A stretch of 61,279 nucleotides of DNA, the filler included. It is 7 parts of 7 records of this genome, joined end to end, with 100 filler letters (N's around TTAATTAATTAA, not from the genome) between each part and the next. Parts side by side here need not be neighbours in the genome. Positions count along the whole stretch, not along the records: positions 1 to 19,215 come from SRR7504441_2801; 6 more parts are not named here. The stretch is one strand, 5' to 3'. A program made the position numbers and the translations under genes. The notes beneath the pieces are model-generated. The model did not search any database. It was not told the DNA's origin and was given only the letters and a program-made list of their open reading frames with translations. This document shows positions 1 to 13,089 of the stretch, piece by piece (position 1 is the stretch's first letter; each line of letters begins with the position of its first letter).

Positions 1-815
1 CCCGCTACCCACCCGAGCCCGATAGGGCTGCCACCGGAGGCCACCAGAGCCGCCGTGCCTCCTGAGGAGCCCCCGGGTGTGCGGCTGGTGTCGAAAGGGT
101 TGGCGCTCCAGCCATACACTGTGTTGCCGCTCTCAAGCCACATGCAGCCCTGCAGCATGCTCAAGCCCCGCCGACCCTGTGCGTACCTCCGATATATTAC
201 CGGCACACAGCACGACCGCGCCGGCCCGCTGGAGCCTGGCCACAGCCGGGGAGCAGTGCTCGCCCCGCCGCTGGGCGAGCCCGGGGATCCCGGCCGAGTA
301 TGGCAGCCCGGGCATCTCGAAGCACTCCTTCACCACAATCGGCACCCCCAGCAACGGCTTCTCCTCCAGTGGGGGCGGCCCGGCGGCTATCAGCGCATCG
401 GCCCAGGCGGCCTCCTCGGTGGCCTCCGGGAAGCGATGGCTGGCGATGCCGTTGACCAGCCCGTTGGCCCGTTTGAGCTGTGCTATGGCTGCGGCCACCA
501 GCTGACTCGAGCTCACCTGCAGTCAGTCGGCGGGTGGCCGGGCGGCCGGGCTCGCCTGGCGCTCCCGGAGCATGCGTGCCAGCTCGACTGCCGGGGTGGC
601 CAGCCACTGCTTGCCGTACAGCGAGATGTGCACCCGGCTGCCCCCCGGGCTCGGCCGCGGCCGGCCGGTGGACAGCGCCTGCCCGGGGGAGGGGCGGTGC
701 CGTGCAGCAGAAGCAGCACCCCGAGGGAGAGGCAGACCGGGCTGGCGATGTAGTGCCAGCTCACCAGTGCCAGCAGCACGCTGGCCCAGCCCAGCGTCCG
801 AATGATGACCAACAT
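1..815 (-). CDS. Amidase-signature enzyme, FAAH2-like, with N-terminal hydrophobic anchor (3' end runs off window; intron-containing)
   Basis: Spliced translation gives LATPAVELARMLRERQ|VSSSQLVAAAIAQLKRANGLVNGIASHRF...PLLGVPIVVKECFEMPG...GNISE|GCMWLESGNTVYGWSANPFDTSRTPGGSSGG (amidase signature). Includes a GC-AG intron at 517-555. Confidence 0.9.
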
Positions 816-905
816 CGTGGCAGCTCCCGGCTTCGCCAACCGACGGAACGTTCCGGACGGCCCCGGAGTCCTTTGTGCTGCCGGGCAGGAACGACTGGGT
901 GGCGA

Positions 906-2626
906 ATGCACGGCATCAGCCGGGACTCGCTCGGGCACGACTCGGTGCTCAAAAGGTGGGCGCAGGCGGCCGGCGGGCCGAGCCGGCGGGGCAGCGGGCA
1001 CCTGCTCAAGCTGACGGCGGGCGGGCTGTTCGGACGGGAGTGGAAGCGGCGATGGATCGTGCTGCGGGCCGATTCTGTCGCGGTGTACAGGAACCAGAGG
1101 GACGTGGTGACCGCCGGAGCTGGGCCGGGCGAGCGGGCCGGGGCAGCACTCCAAGGGCTCGATTGGGCGGGGGTTTGTCTCCAAGGTGGTGGCCAGTCAG
1201 GAGCCCGAGTACCAGACCAGCTGCCCCAAGCCGTCGGCCCAGCGCTGGGGGATGAGTGTCTGCACCCCAGACCCGGAGATGGACTATCATCTGGCCGCCG
1301 CCGATCAGCAGGAGCAGCAGGAGTGGTTCGAGGCCCTCCGCCAGTGGCAGAACGGCGAGGTGTCCGGTCGGCGAGGCACCACCGGGGCGGGAGACCTGGA
1401 CCATATGTACCGACGGAAGGTCTTGCTGGACGATTACACGCAAGTGGGCCAGGCGCTAGGCCGAGGGGGGACCGCGGCCGTGTGGATGGTGCGGCGGGCG
1501 AGGCCGGGGCGGATGGGGCGCAGGTGCAAGACAAGGACAAACAGGTGTTCGCACTGAAGAAGATCGCAATGCATAAGCTCAACTCATACGCGTACGACTC
1601 TGTTCTCAAGGAAGCGGACACGCTCCGCACGCTCACAGAGCTGCAGCATCCTTTCCTGGTCGCGCCCTGCGAGCTGGCTGGTCATGAGATCGCTGCAGGT
1701 GAAGTTCTACGGGTGCTTCTTGCACGCGGGCGATCTGCACCTTGTGCTGGAGTACTGCAAGCTGGGCAACCTGTTCCAGCTGCTCCAACAGCAGCGCGAC
1801 AAGCGGTTCTCAGTCGGCCGAGCCCGGGTCTACATAGCTGAGACGGCTCTTGGGATGGATGCGCTCCATTCGCTCGGACTGACTCACTACGACCTTAAGC
1901 TCGAGAACCTTCTGCTCGGCCAAGGCGGCCACATCAAGCTGTGCGACTTCGGGTGCCCTGTTTGCCGGGTGGCCGCCAATTGGGGCAGGTTTACTAAGCC
2001 GAACGACGGTAAGCAGCTGGCCGGGTGAGCTAGCCGCTGCCTGCGCTGCCGGAGCGAGATACAGGTACACAGAGGTCTACGCCGCGCCCGAGATCCTGAT
2101 GCAGCAGCCGTCCGGCCCGCAGGCCGACTGGTGCGTCGGCTGGAGCTCTGCGCGAGCTGGCTGCAGGTGGGCACTTGGGGTGCTGTTGTACGAGTGCCTG
2201 TCGGGTCATTCACCGTTTCAGACCGCAGGCAGCTCCATGGCCGACATGAAGCGCAATATTATAAATCCTCAGTTCCGGCTGCCACCGTTCGGGTCGAGGC
2301 TCGAAGTGCCGCCGGCCGCGTTCCATCTGTGTCAGCGGCTATTGCACAGGGAGCCTGAGCAGCGGCTGGGCTCGCAGGTCCAGCCCAACCGAGATTTTAT
2401 TTCATGTCTGGTGGCAGGAGGAGTTTTGGGCCGACCCGTTTAATCAGATGCTCTCGCGGGAGGCGGTGCTGGGTAAGCAGGTGGCTGCTTGGCTCAGTAG
2501 TGGGGTGCTGACTGGTGGCAGCTGTGTATCGAATCCGATGCCTCGGGCCCAGCTAGCTGCCATATGCAGCTGGAGCCTGTGGACGGGGCGGCCGGGGAGG
2601 AGCAGCTGAGTGCCACTGTGCTTTGA
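906..2626 (+). CDS. PH-domain + AGC-like Ser/Thr protein kinase (about 9 short introns)
   Basis: PH domain: LKSGHLLKL...WKRRWIVL...QQEWFEAL. Kinase: LGRGGTAAV, FALKKI, HPFL|VKFY, HYDLKLENLLL, DFG, YAAPE, DW|WALGVLLYECLSGHSPF. Frames are joined by roughly 35-41-nt GT-AG introns. Confidence 0.9.
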
Positions 2627-2842
2627 CGGTAGTGATATTGTAGTGATAATGTAGTGATATTTTTTATTTAAAACAAACGAGCAATATTGACCAAGTTCGA
2701 GTAGACTTATGATTGTCATTGGCGCCGATTCGGAGCGTACATGCCGAATTTTAGTTTTAGAGTTGCATACTCATGGCAGCAGTTCTAACTAGCTTCTCGC
2801 CCTAGGCTAGTCTATGGTACATCCATGCGGGCTCAATGAAAC

Positions 2843-3990
2843 TCAATTGGCCCAACTCTTGTGCCTTCTCCGCTTATAATACGGGCTGAGTGGCGAGAGC
2901 GGCGAGAACGGCGAGGCCATCCCGAGCTTGGCCAGGGCCTCGGCCGCGTCCTCCAGCTGCTGGGTCCCCGGGCTCCGGACGCACACCCCCGCGAGCCCCT
3001 CTAGCGACTCGGTGCTGCCCCCCGCCCCTCAGTGGCAAGCTGATTAAAGCGTTCAGACCGGCCCTGGCTGAACCACATGGGCGATTGGGGCGGCTGCGCC
3101 ACCACCCTTAGCATGTTGGTGTCGGGCGGCGGCGACCGGTCGACCTGGAACAATCTGTGGCCGAGCCCGGTGACGGTCACACCTTGAAGATCCCGAATTG
3201 GTGTGCGGGCGAGCGGACTTGTTGACCGCTCCGAGTGACCGGCACCGCCACCATCCCCTCCACCTTATTGTGGACCATCCGGTACCCAGCGTTCGTGAGC
3301 GCGCTGTAAATCGCGCTCGGTTCCAACTGCATGGCTGGCCATTCCCGTCTGGCAGGGGCTGTCGAGTCGCTCCGATCCGGCCGCAGCCCAGCCAACGGGC
3401 CGACCGACCGCAACTGCGGGGCCAGCGCAATCGCTTGCGAGCTCAGGCCGGGCGGGAGGCTCCAAAGCTCGTTGTCGACCCGATCCACCTGCCCTGATGC
3501 TGAGCGCCGCCGGCTGCGGAGGAGACCGGCCCAGGCTCAATCGCTGGGTCGAATCTGACCGCGTGGTCGATCAAAAGCATGCAGCTGCCGTCGCTCTTCG
3601 CCCCGTTCTGGTCGGTCGAACTGGACCGCTCCACCCTGCGCCGGACTCATCGCAGCCCGTTCGCAGCCTGGAGCACCGGCTGACGAAGGCAGCCCCGATC
3701 AGGATGCCCTTGGGGTACAGCCGATCAGCCCGTGGGGCGAGCGGCCAGTGCTCGCCGACCGAGTTCAGGTCGCTGGCTTCCACCGGCTGGTTCCCCGCGT
3801 GCAGCACTAGCCAGCCGCCGGCGATCTGGCCCCACGGTCAGCCGACGGATCTGACGGGAGAGCTGGCCTTGTCGAGGCAGCCGGCGTAGGGCAGGCTGTG
3901 CACGCGGATTGGGCCGTGTGCAATGGCGCTGGCGTACGGCTGGGGCACCGTCAGGCAAGGCAGCCCCTCCTCCGGGTCCGGACACACCAT
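2843..3990 (-). CDS. ASCH (PUA-like) domain protein with C-terminal extension
   Basis: ATG at 3990 gives LPCLTVPQPYASAIAHG...GWLVLHAG...YPKGILIGAAFVSRC...LLIDHAVRFDP...LWSL, the ASCH pattern (LSxxQPyAsli, lwiHAg, P.G.liG). Several short introns; the 3' exons are less certain. Confidence 0.7.
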
Positions 3991-4215
3991 CCCGCAGCTT
4001 GCACAACCCAGCTTGTATCAAAAGAAAATGTGATCCACGGTTGCAAGTAAAATTACGAATATCATGAGGCCGGCGCCGCCACCTGACGGTATTAGTATGC
4101 CTCGATGCCTGTACGGTTGTACACATACATGTAATGTTAGTTGTGATAAATCTAATCTAATATTAATAATAATGTACTGTGATATAAATGTTCATCTCTA
4201 GTTGTGGGTAACCAA

Positions 4216-7200
4216 TCAGATGATTGGGGTCATCTCTACCGCTTGCACACGGCGTCCACGTGGGCTTTGAATAGTGCGCACCGACCTAACCCCACACAGT
4301 TAGTCCGGAGCAGGCCGATTGATGCCTTGGGCTCGACAGCGGAGCGTTGTCCTGCTCATCCCACGAAGTCTTGTCCGGCTTGGCCGTCCTCGGTGAGGAA
4401 ACAGAATCCCTCGACCTCGGCGAGGAGACCGGATCCACGATCCTAGGTTGAGGGTGCATAGGGTTGAGATCGACCTGGATGGCGACGCTGTCGTCTGGCC
4501 GAGTTGATCGCGAGCTGTCTGCGAGATTGCCCATCTGTGGCACGTGCGAGCTCTCGATTCTTGACATTGCGCCTGGACTTGAATACTCTCTCTTGAGTGC
4601 TTTCTCGGCGATTACTCTGCTGAGAGTCGTCTCCTGACAGGCCCGGCTAAGCATTGGCAGGCCAGGGCGCGCACCAGAGCCAAGAGTCCCTGCTCGGGAT
4701 GGAAGGGCAGGAACTCGAGCCAGTACTCCGACACCTGGCCAGGCTCACCAGGCCCGGCGACTAATCGTACCACAATCTGAGGCTCACGGCTGTTGTATCC
4801 GTGGCCCAGGTGCAGCCGGCGGAGCATAATTGCAGGCGGGACCTTCTGGTAGGCTTGCGCGTGCAGGATGTTGGCCATGGCGCGTCGCTTGAACGAGCAG
4901 TAGCTACGGTACAGCGCGGGCGAGTGCGCCTCGTTGATGGTGGCATTAAGTGGGAACGTGCCCTCGGGATGGGCCGACGAGCAGCACCAGAGCTCGCGCG
5001 GCGTCTTGCCGTGCTGGTCAATCAACTCGGCTTCCAGCGTCGACACCTGCATCCGAGGTTAGCCTGCAGCATTACAAAGAGCGGCTAGTACTAGTCCTGC
5101 GACACACCTCGCCCTTGATGATATGCAAATCGCCGTCGTGGGTAACTCCGTCATTGTACTGCACCTTCCAGTGCTGGGTCTCCCTATAGCTGTCTGCCAT
5201 CGCCAGTCCGTGCTGCCACCGGAGCCCACAATGCACAATTGCCGGGTAAAGCCCGCAGTCGTTCTCAAAGTTGAATTTCTCGGGGTCGTCGAACACTTCC
5301 AGCTTGGCCACAGGCACCAGCTTCTTGTGCCGCCGTGCCGCCCCGTCGGTGGCAAACTCATCCAGCCTGAAGTTCGCGATGACCCGTCCAATCCTGACCT
5401 GTCGCTCCAGGCTGGGCACCGCCACATCCTTGAAGGCAGGCATGGCCATCAGCTGCGCCAGCTTGTGCACAAACTCCGCTGTCTCGTCTCCAAACACAGC
5501 CGGTTGGACCCACTGGGCAGGATTCCACAGACCACGCCGCTCCACAGGCGGGGCCGCCTGGCTTCTAGCCGGCCGCCCAGCCAGCTTGGGCAATATGCCA
5601 CTGTCCAGCTTCACTGGGGCCGTGGGCTCGTTGAGCAGCTGCTCTACCTCTTCTAGCTGGAGGAAGTTGTCGTCGTTCTTATCGAGCGACTTGAGCAGCT
5701 CGCGATTCTCCTCGTTATCGAACCAGCTGCCTGTATCGACATTCGCAAACCTGGCAAACTTTCGGCTCCGGCCCTCCAGATACTCCTTGACGTCATCAAG
5801 GCTCACCAGCCCGTCCCCGTCTGGATCCAGCGCCTGAACCAACTGCTCCACGTCGGCCATTACTCGCATTGGCGCATGCTGATTCGATTTGAAGAATGCT
5901 GTGGAGTACACCCAATTGAAGAACGCTCGCAGCTCGGCCGTCTCAAGGAAGCCACACTTGTCATCAGGATCACTGGAGTCCAGCTCGTCGAATTTGGCCT
6001 CGCCTTCTTGTGAAAGTGCCATGCCACAAATCGTCTGTATCTCGGAGGCAGCGCGTTTGATCTCGCCCACAGCTTCTTTGTGTACCAGTGACTTGAGCCG
6101 AAGCTCCACCGCCTGCTCGAGGTTGTCGTTGGCTATTGCGTCATTGATCTGTTCCTGCAAGTGGCCGTGCCCTTGGAGGTTGCGCTCTCCAAAGCGTGCA
6201 TCGAGTTGGTCGTGTTCGGTCTGCATCTCTTTGATTTTCCTTTTGATCTCTTTCATCTTCTCCTGGCTGTGGCTCATACTTGCCTGCTTGGCCTCCAGCG
6301 CCGCCAGATCTTTCATGATCTGTTCAGAATTGCTCTCAGACTGCATCCCTGCCAGATCGAGATCGAGCTCATTCAATTGCAACTTGAGCTGGCCTGCTGT
6401 CGCAAAGTCCTCAGCCTCAGCAGCTGTCTTCATATCCTCTCGCAACTTCTCCATCCCTTCGGCAAGCTTGCTGGCCTCAGCATCCTTAGCCTCAATCTGC
6501 TTCAGCTTCATCTTCAGCGACGTAATCTCTTGTGCTTCTTGTCTAACTGCTTCTGACTGCTTCTGTGCCTCGTTTAGTTGCTTCTGCAACGCCGACAGCT
6601 GATGAGACCTCTCAATTGCTTTGCCATGCTCTTGCTTGAGCTCGACCAGCAGTATTTTACGTTGCGACTCCTGTCCTGCCCTCTGGGCTGCAGCTTCATC
6701 AGCCCGCCACTTGGCAATCTTGGCTCTGATCTCCTTTGTCTCGCTCTTGGCTCGCTGTTCGAGTTCTCGCTCGCGCTCACGCCGCCTGGCCAATTGTGCC
6801 TCAGCCGAATTTGGCCTTGGTGGCGGTTTTGGGTCCTCAGGCTCCGGATCCTCAGATTCAGCTCCTGTGGTGAAGCTATCTCTCATGCTATCTCTGTTCT
6901 GAGGTGGTTCCAGCTTTCCTTTCGGGCATTTGTGGCAATTTGTGACTTTCTCTGCTGCCTGTTTGGGCGAGTGTTTGGGCGAGTGGGCAGGGGAAGCCGA
7001 GATCTCCAGTCGAGGCTGCACAGCATTGAAAGAGTCATCGGACAGGTTTTCGACCATGGCGATCAACTCTGAGCGCAGCTCGAGGGCTTCCTGAGGGTCC
7101 TGAGAGCGCGCCATCCGCCGCTGCAACAGTCTGACCTTCTTGATCTCGCCCTGTGCCTTCATCCCCTTGTTATGATCCTCCTTTTGGCGCTGCTGTGCAG

Positions 7201-10200
7201 CAGCTGCTTGCTCCTTGAGGTCAGCTTCCAGCTTGTCTGGGGACAGCCCAGCCGGCGTCACAAGAATTGCCATGATCACAGGCACCCGAACAGGTTCTCC
7301 CGACGGTTTGTTGAAGTTTGGGCAGCAGCCTGGCACTGACTGCGTCGCCATAAGCCCTGCTGCCACCTTCTGGGCTGCGTGGAGCGAAGAGAAGGTCATG
7401 ACCAGGCCCTTGACAGGGTCGAGACGGGCTTCAGTCGGCGGCTGCAGGTTGCATCTCTTGAATAAACTGCTGACCAAATCCATCAGATGTGTATTCGTCT
7501 TGCGTCCCAGCAGTTCTGGTAGGTACTGTTGTACATGTGCCAGCGCAACTCTTCTGGTCAAAGAGGTCATGCTGCACATTGGTGCGTCCTCGAGGTAGTT
7601 GACGCTCGAGTCAGACAGTCCAAGAGGAGAAAGCAGCATGCCTGCATTTGGGGTATCCTTCATCTTCTTCATTGCCTTGTCCTTGCTTTGGGCGTCCTTA
7701 AAGTACACATACATAAGGTCTGGTTTGCCTGGGGGCTGCATCACGTGCGTTGCACCATTCAGTCGGCTGAGCACAGGCTTGAGCTCAGAAGTGGCGTTGG
7801 CCACAAGGTTGAACACTGCCTCGGAGCTGAACAGCGACCGGTTGGTTTCTACATGCTTGGTCGCCAGCTTGGACAAGTTCACCACGCAACGCGGTTGCAT
7901 GAAGTCTTGGAGCCAGCGCTCCGGGGAACTGGTGTGCTCGAGCTCTGTCAAGATCTGCTGTCGCCGCATCTCCATATCGTTCAAAGCATCGGCGCTGATC
8001 ACAGAGCCCCGAGACTTGACTGCCTTGGCCAATTCGCACGCAGTGCTGCTGTGGGGTGGCCGGAAGGTGACCCCAAGGTCCTCAAACGCCATCCTGAAGC
8101 ACTTTTGGTGGAATGAAGAGTCGCGTTCCGGCTCTGAGTCGACAGCAATGATGGTACTGCACTTGCGCCGGAGGAGGGGTATGATAGCCGTGTTGTCGTA
8201 ATGTGCCCCATCAGCAAGGAATACTTGGTCAGGTGGCTTGTTGTGCGCCACTGTCTCGATGTATCCCATGGTGCGGAGAAGCTTGGTCAGAATTGGCAAT
8301 CGACCAATGCAACCATAAAGCGAATACCCAGGCAGTTTGAGTGGAGCTATCACCGCTGCAGCCACCTGGCTACGACTCAGGCAGGATGGCAGCAGATGGG
8401 CGTACCATGCTCCACATGCAGACTAGTATGAACACAGCACCCCACACTTGGCCTTGGAGGCACTCGTAGCCACCAGCAAAGTAGCCCTCAGCCTCTCGGT
8501 ACTCGTTCTCCTTGCAATCCGAGTGCCAGTCGAGCAGCTGCACCATTGCAACCTGTTTCCGGCTCGCAAAGCAGCCAGTGGGTGAGGGCAGACCACTCCG
8601 AGTACGGTAAACACGAAATATCCACCAAACCGGTCCCAAAAGTTGTAGGTTCCAGTGGTGAAGTGCACGTATCTGTCGCAAACTCACATCTAACCAGGCA
8701 AGAGGGGCGCACCGGCCTGTCTCTAGCCCAAGCAGCCCTATGAGGGCCTCGCCTATCGACATGACCCAGCCCTCTGAGCCTTCCTTCTGGGAGCCAAGTG
8801 AGGCGCTGGTTGCCGCACCCGACAGAGCCATCGCCTCACCAAACGTGATCTTTGCAGTCGCCTGTCGACACAACTCTAGAACCAGACTAAGATGGAGGGC
8901 TACCTTCTCTTGCTCCTGGCAAGTCCAAACAGTTTGGTTCTGGTAGTTGCCGTCCAGCCTCCGCATGCCCACTGCAGGAGAGCCCCAATAGAACGGGGTG
9001 ATCTCAAACAGGTGAAACGGCCGCCGCTGCGAGCTGTAGCAGTGGTTGTAAGAAATGTAGTTGTGCTGTCGACAGGGTCAGCATGCACTCAGGGTGGGGC
9101 ACCTGTGTAGCATTGACAATCAGCATTGGCGGAGCTACACGTTGACGGGGTTCATGTTTCGCCCAGAGCAGTTCGTTGAGCATCTTGTACTGCATCTCGA
9201 TCATCTTGCGACAGCCCATCAGCTTGCCCCGGTACTGCTGCATGTTGCCCAATTTTGGTGAGTAGTCCGGCTGAATGGGCCCCCAGGCGAAAAAATGCTT
9301 GTACCACGGCCAGAACAGAAGGGTTTTCCACGACTTGCGAGCACGCTCCTCGAGCGCTTTCCTGTTGATGAACGCCCGCTCAAGGAATTGCTGCTGGAGC
9401 AGTCCAAGCCCGGCAGTGATCACATCCAGATAGATCAAAAAGAAGATCATGAGCACGAATGCGACAAACGTGCCAGGCACAAAAATGTTCTTCCAGTCGT
9501 CGAAGGCCTCCGGGATCGTATTCCAGCCCTGGCACCGAAGGCACTCGCGAGGGTTGGTATTGTTTGAGAGCCAGTCGGCGTAGCTCAGTGTCGCATCGTT
9601 GAATTGGGCAATGTAATTGCTGTTCTTCCACCCACCATAGAAGGCCCAGTCGTAATCTGGTGGCCTGTTCATGTCATCATAGGTGTAGTTCGCTGCGTTA
9701 AGCACCTGCCATGGGGGAAACTGGCATTCGCCCATGTCCCCAGTTGATCCTTGCCAGTACTCGCATCGCCATGTCTTGAAAATCGGGATTGCATACTTGA
9801 GGTAGTAGAGTACAATGTACACCAGAATGTAACGACCAACTGAGAAGAGGATCAGCTCGATTGGGTTGTGGATCAGGGCATGGGTGCCCTCGAGGGCAGA
9901 GAAATGGTCGACAACCACACTAAGCACTGTCGACGCCAGTACCACAGCATACACAAACAGCTCGTAAGGGACATTCTGCCCATTTATCTCCACGGTAATC
10001 CCGAAAGTCAACTCTGGATTCTGCCTGTACAGATAATATGGCATTGTCATCTGGAGGAACGCTTTGGCCAGGAACAGGAACAGTGACCGATATGCCATAA
10101 AGTAAGCCTTGAGCCCGAGCGCTGAGTGCTCTGCATCCAAATCGAGCCTGTCAAACCGAAAGTAACCGACAGCGCTGATCAGCACGAGTGTCCCAGAGTG

Positions 10201-12917
10201 CATGGTTGCCAGAATCCAGGGCAGCTTGGGCGATCCAATGCTCGAAGTCCAGCTCGTCCTCTCGTCGATAGCCCAGCAGATCAGGCACACATACAAAATA
10301 CACACGCACAGCCAGAATAATGGAGCCACAGCGTACTTGTGCTTGTCGCAGAACGCTTTGTGGTGATTGATCCCAATCTGGCAGTAAATCACTTCAGCCA
10401 AGAACAACGCAGAGAACCCAAACAGCGCAAACACGTCGTCGCCTTCGGAGATCCCAAAGTTCCGGAGTAGAATCAAGATCTGGTTGATCCCACAATACAT
10501 GATCACTGCAGCGAGCGCAAAGTGGTACACCACGGATCTGAACACCACGAACAGCGCGTTGGTGAGGAACATGCAGGTTGGGTAGGGCATGTGCATCATG
10601 GCATGCTCGAACAGCACGTCGACAGAGTGCTGCAGCGGGGTCCGATCCTCGGCTGGCTCACTCTCACTGAAGCAGAGCGCTGTCATCCACCCAACGGAGG
10701 TATACCCGCCACCAGACACACTCGACACGTAGTCGAATCCATCGAGCGCAGGAATGTAACCCGTGTGCTCGGACCCGAACCCGCGCCCGTCCAGATGCGC
10801 GATCTGATGCACTGTGCCCAGCGCCTGAGCCGACGCCCGGATCCCGCCACCGCTGAACGCCAGTCCGCAGCTTCTCCGGCCACGCACGGACGAGGTCCCG
10901 AGGTCTTCGACGAGCGCGTGCGCCTCCTCCTTGATTCGGACCAGCGCCTGTGCCCAGATCAGCCAGCGCCCAGCCAGGCGGCACCTCGGTCACCCGCGCC
11001 TGCAGCTGGGTGAGTGTGGGCAGCTGCCTCTGGAGAGCTGAAAGCTCCTGCATCAGCCCTAGCAGACAACTGATCACATGCGATTTGGCCTCGGCGTCAA
11101 GCAGCTGCATCCGGATGGCGTCCATCCCGGCAAGACTCACGCCCATCTTCCGCCTGGATCGATAGTCATTCATCCACCTGCCCCCCCCTCTGAGCCCGAC
11201 ACAAGCACTGCCAGCACCGCTCAGACGCAATCCGTCCAAGAGCAATCTGCTCACTGCTCCCAGTCCAAAGCACCTGCACTTTGGTGAGCCAAGCCGGCCC
11301 GGCCCGGTACCATCCAGTGCCAGCTGGGGCCCTGGGGCTCGAAATCGTCGCCCATTGCCACCGGCCCCTGGCGAGAGCAGTGCTTTGCGTGGCTTTCCTC
11401 GGCTTGGACGAGCACGTTCACAGCCTCGTCAAAGTTCTCGGCCCGGCGCTCGCCTACAGGCCGGCTTGAGTCGGCCCGGTGGGGCTGTCACCGCGGAGCA
11501 TGAGTTCGATGTTCGCCCTGGCAAGCAGCTGCTCCTCGGTCCAGCCATCCCAACTCGGGTCAGCCAGACGCCAGTGAGGGTCCGGGATCACCACAGTCTC
11601 CTCCAACTCCCTGTCGTGCACCAGCCTGCCCCGCCTGGTAACACGAGCCCACCCCCGTGGCTCGCCTTGGCTCCCGTGAAAACCCTTCGAGCCGCCAACT
11701 GGACAGGTACAGCTCGGCGAGCCTCCGGACCGCGCCCTTGCCCGCCGGCCCGTCGTCCAGCTGCTCATTCGCCACCAGCTGCGACAGCTCCAGGTCGGGC
11801 ACTCCTGTCACCTGAGCCCGGTTCACTGGCCAGCAGCTGTGCGCACGGTACCAACTCCCAGCAACGCTCGAGATATTCCATCTCGCCTACCCTCGACGCC
11901 TTGCCGGCCTCCACGGGAAGCAGCAGCTGCCGGAGTTTCCAGGCCTCGCTCAGCACCTTGCCTGCCCGCTCCAAGCTGACAGTCTGGGTTCTGTGCGGGA
12001 TGTGCCGTCTCTTGATCTGCGGCCAACTGTTAGAACGCTCCGGTCTAGCACTTGCCTCGCTCAGCGCGTGCAGGAAGCCGCGGAAGGAGAGGTTGGCGGT
12101 CTGCAGCTCCGAGTTGATGAAAATCTGGCCGGCGGTCGGCGCTGAGGGCAGGATGCACCACCTCGCAGTAAATATCATCCGCGTGCAGCACGTGAGAGTA
12201 ATCAAACACCTCTGCCACCCAGCTGGCCGCACAGCCCGGGACGCGTTAGCACCCTTGAGCCCGCGCTCCCTGGCGGCTTTCCACTGGTCGGGGCCGGTGT
12301 TCCGCGCGTGAAACTTGGTCCAGTTCTGCGTGACCCATTCACGGTCCTCCACATGACCCTATCCGCCGTCTCACGCAGCCTAGCACCGCAAGCCACCTCC
12401 TCCAGCGCGGTCCGGGTGGCGTCGTCCAGCATGTCCTCCTCCCCAAACCTCCGAATCGGCCAACGGGCCGCGGCAAGACGGCACAGGCTGGCTAGCCGGG
12501 ACCGGCCGATCATCTCGACACAATAGAGCACCCGCGCCCTTGAGACCGGGACTCCGCGGAGGATCTCCCGCCGGAACTGGCAGGCCCGATCCGCCCGGCC
12601 CACCCCGAAGCTGAAGAGGGCCAGCCGGGCGAGCACTAGTTGCCATCGGGCCGACGGGCCGGGGGGGGCGACCGAGCCGTCAACCGCCTGCGCTGGGATG
12701 TCAGCCGGGCGCCCGGGCGAGCCGACCTCGGTGATCTCAAACACGTCGGTGAGCACCGCGTGCAACCGCAACTGGAGCGCGGAGGCTCGGCGGAGATTGA
12801 AATAGAGCGCCTCCCCGATTAACTGCTCAGACTCGGAAGCCTGCCCGGCCGATCGGCGGGGCCCGGGCCGGCGGTCGCCTCCATCGCGTTGACGACCGAC
12901 GGTGACTGGGACGTCAT
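4216..12917 (-). CDS. Giant (~2,650 aa) multi-pass membrane cPLA2/patatin-like phospholipase with coiled-coil, UVR-like motifs and EF-hands
   Basis: ORFs 11765-12352, 10664-11254, 9004-10887, 8370-8972, 5072-8365, 4612-5052 and 4286-4654 join in frame through short GT/GC-AG introns. Motifs: GLAFSGGGIRAS, DYVSSVSGGGY (nucleophile Ser), PMLIVNAT, FEITPFYWGS, EAMALSGAA, FLADGAHYDN (catalytic Asp), FPLNATINEAHSPALYRSY. EF-hand loops DPDGDGLVSLDD and DKNDDNFLQLEE. Confidence 0.8.
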
Positions 12918-13033
12918 CGAGCCAACCGGGCCACCGGTAGCTGCGCCGGTGGGCCGCACTCGCCGCGCTTAGGGTCGCCTGTGGCCGCTCGCCGCCTTGG
13001 AATCGAGTGTCTGGAATCTCTGGTGTGCAAAGA

Positions 13034-13051
13034 CCGTTGAATAACCAACGG
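13034..13051. promoter_or_regulatory. Inverted pair of YAACGG (MYB-core-like) sites in a head-to-head intergenic region
   Basis: CCGTTG (13034-13039) and CAACGG (13046-13051) lie between divergent ATGs at 12917 and 13090. The same hexamer recurs near many other starts. Confidence 0.5.
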
Positions 13052-13089
13052 AACGCGTCGGGGTGTCGAGGAGCTCTTAGGGAGGTGCG

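Noticed and set aside
12468-12506. Possible non-canonical GC...GG intron in the phospholipase 5' region
   Set aside because: The 39-nt segment is in frame and stop-free, so no splicing is needed to explain it.
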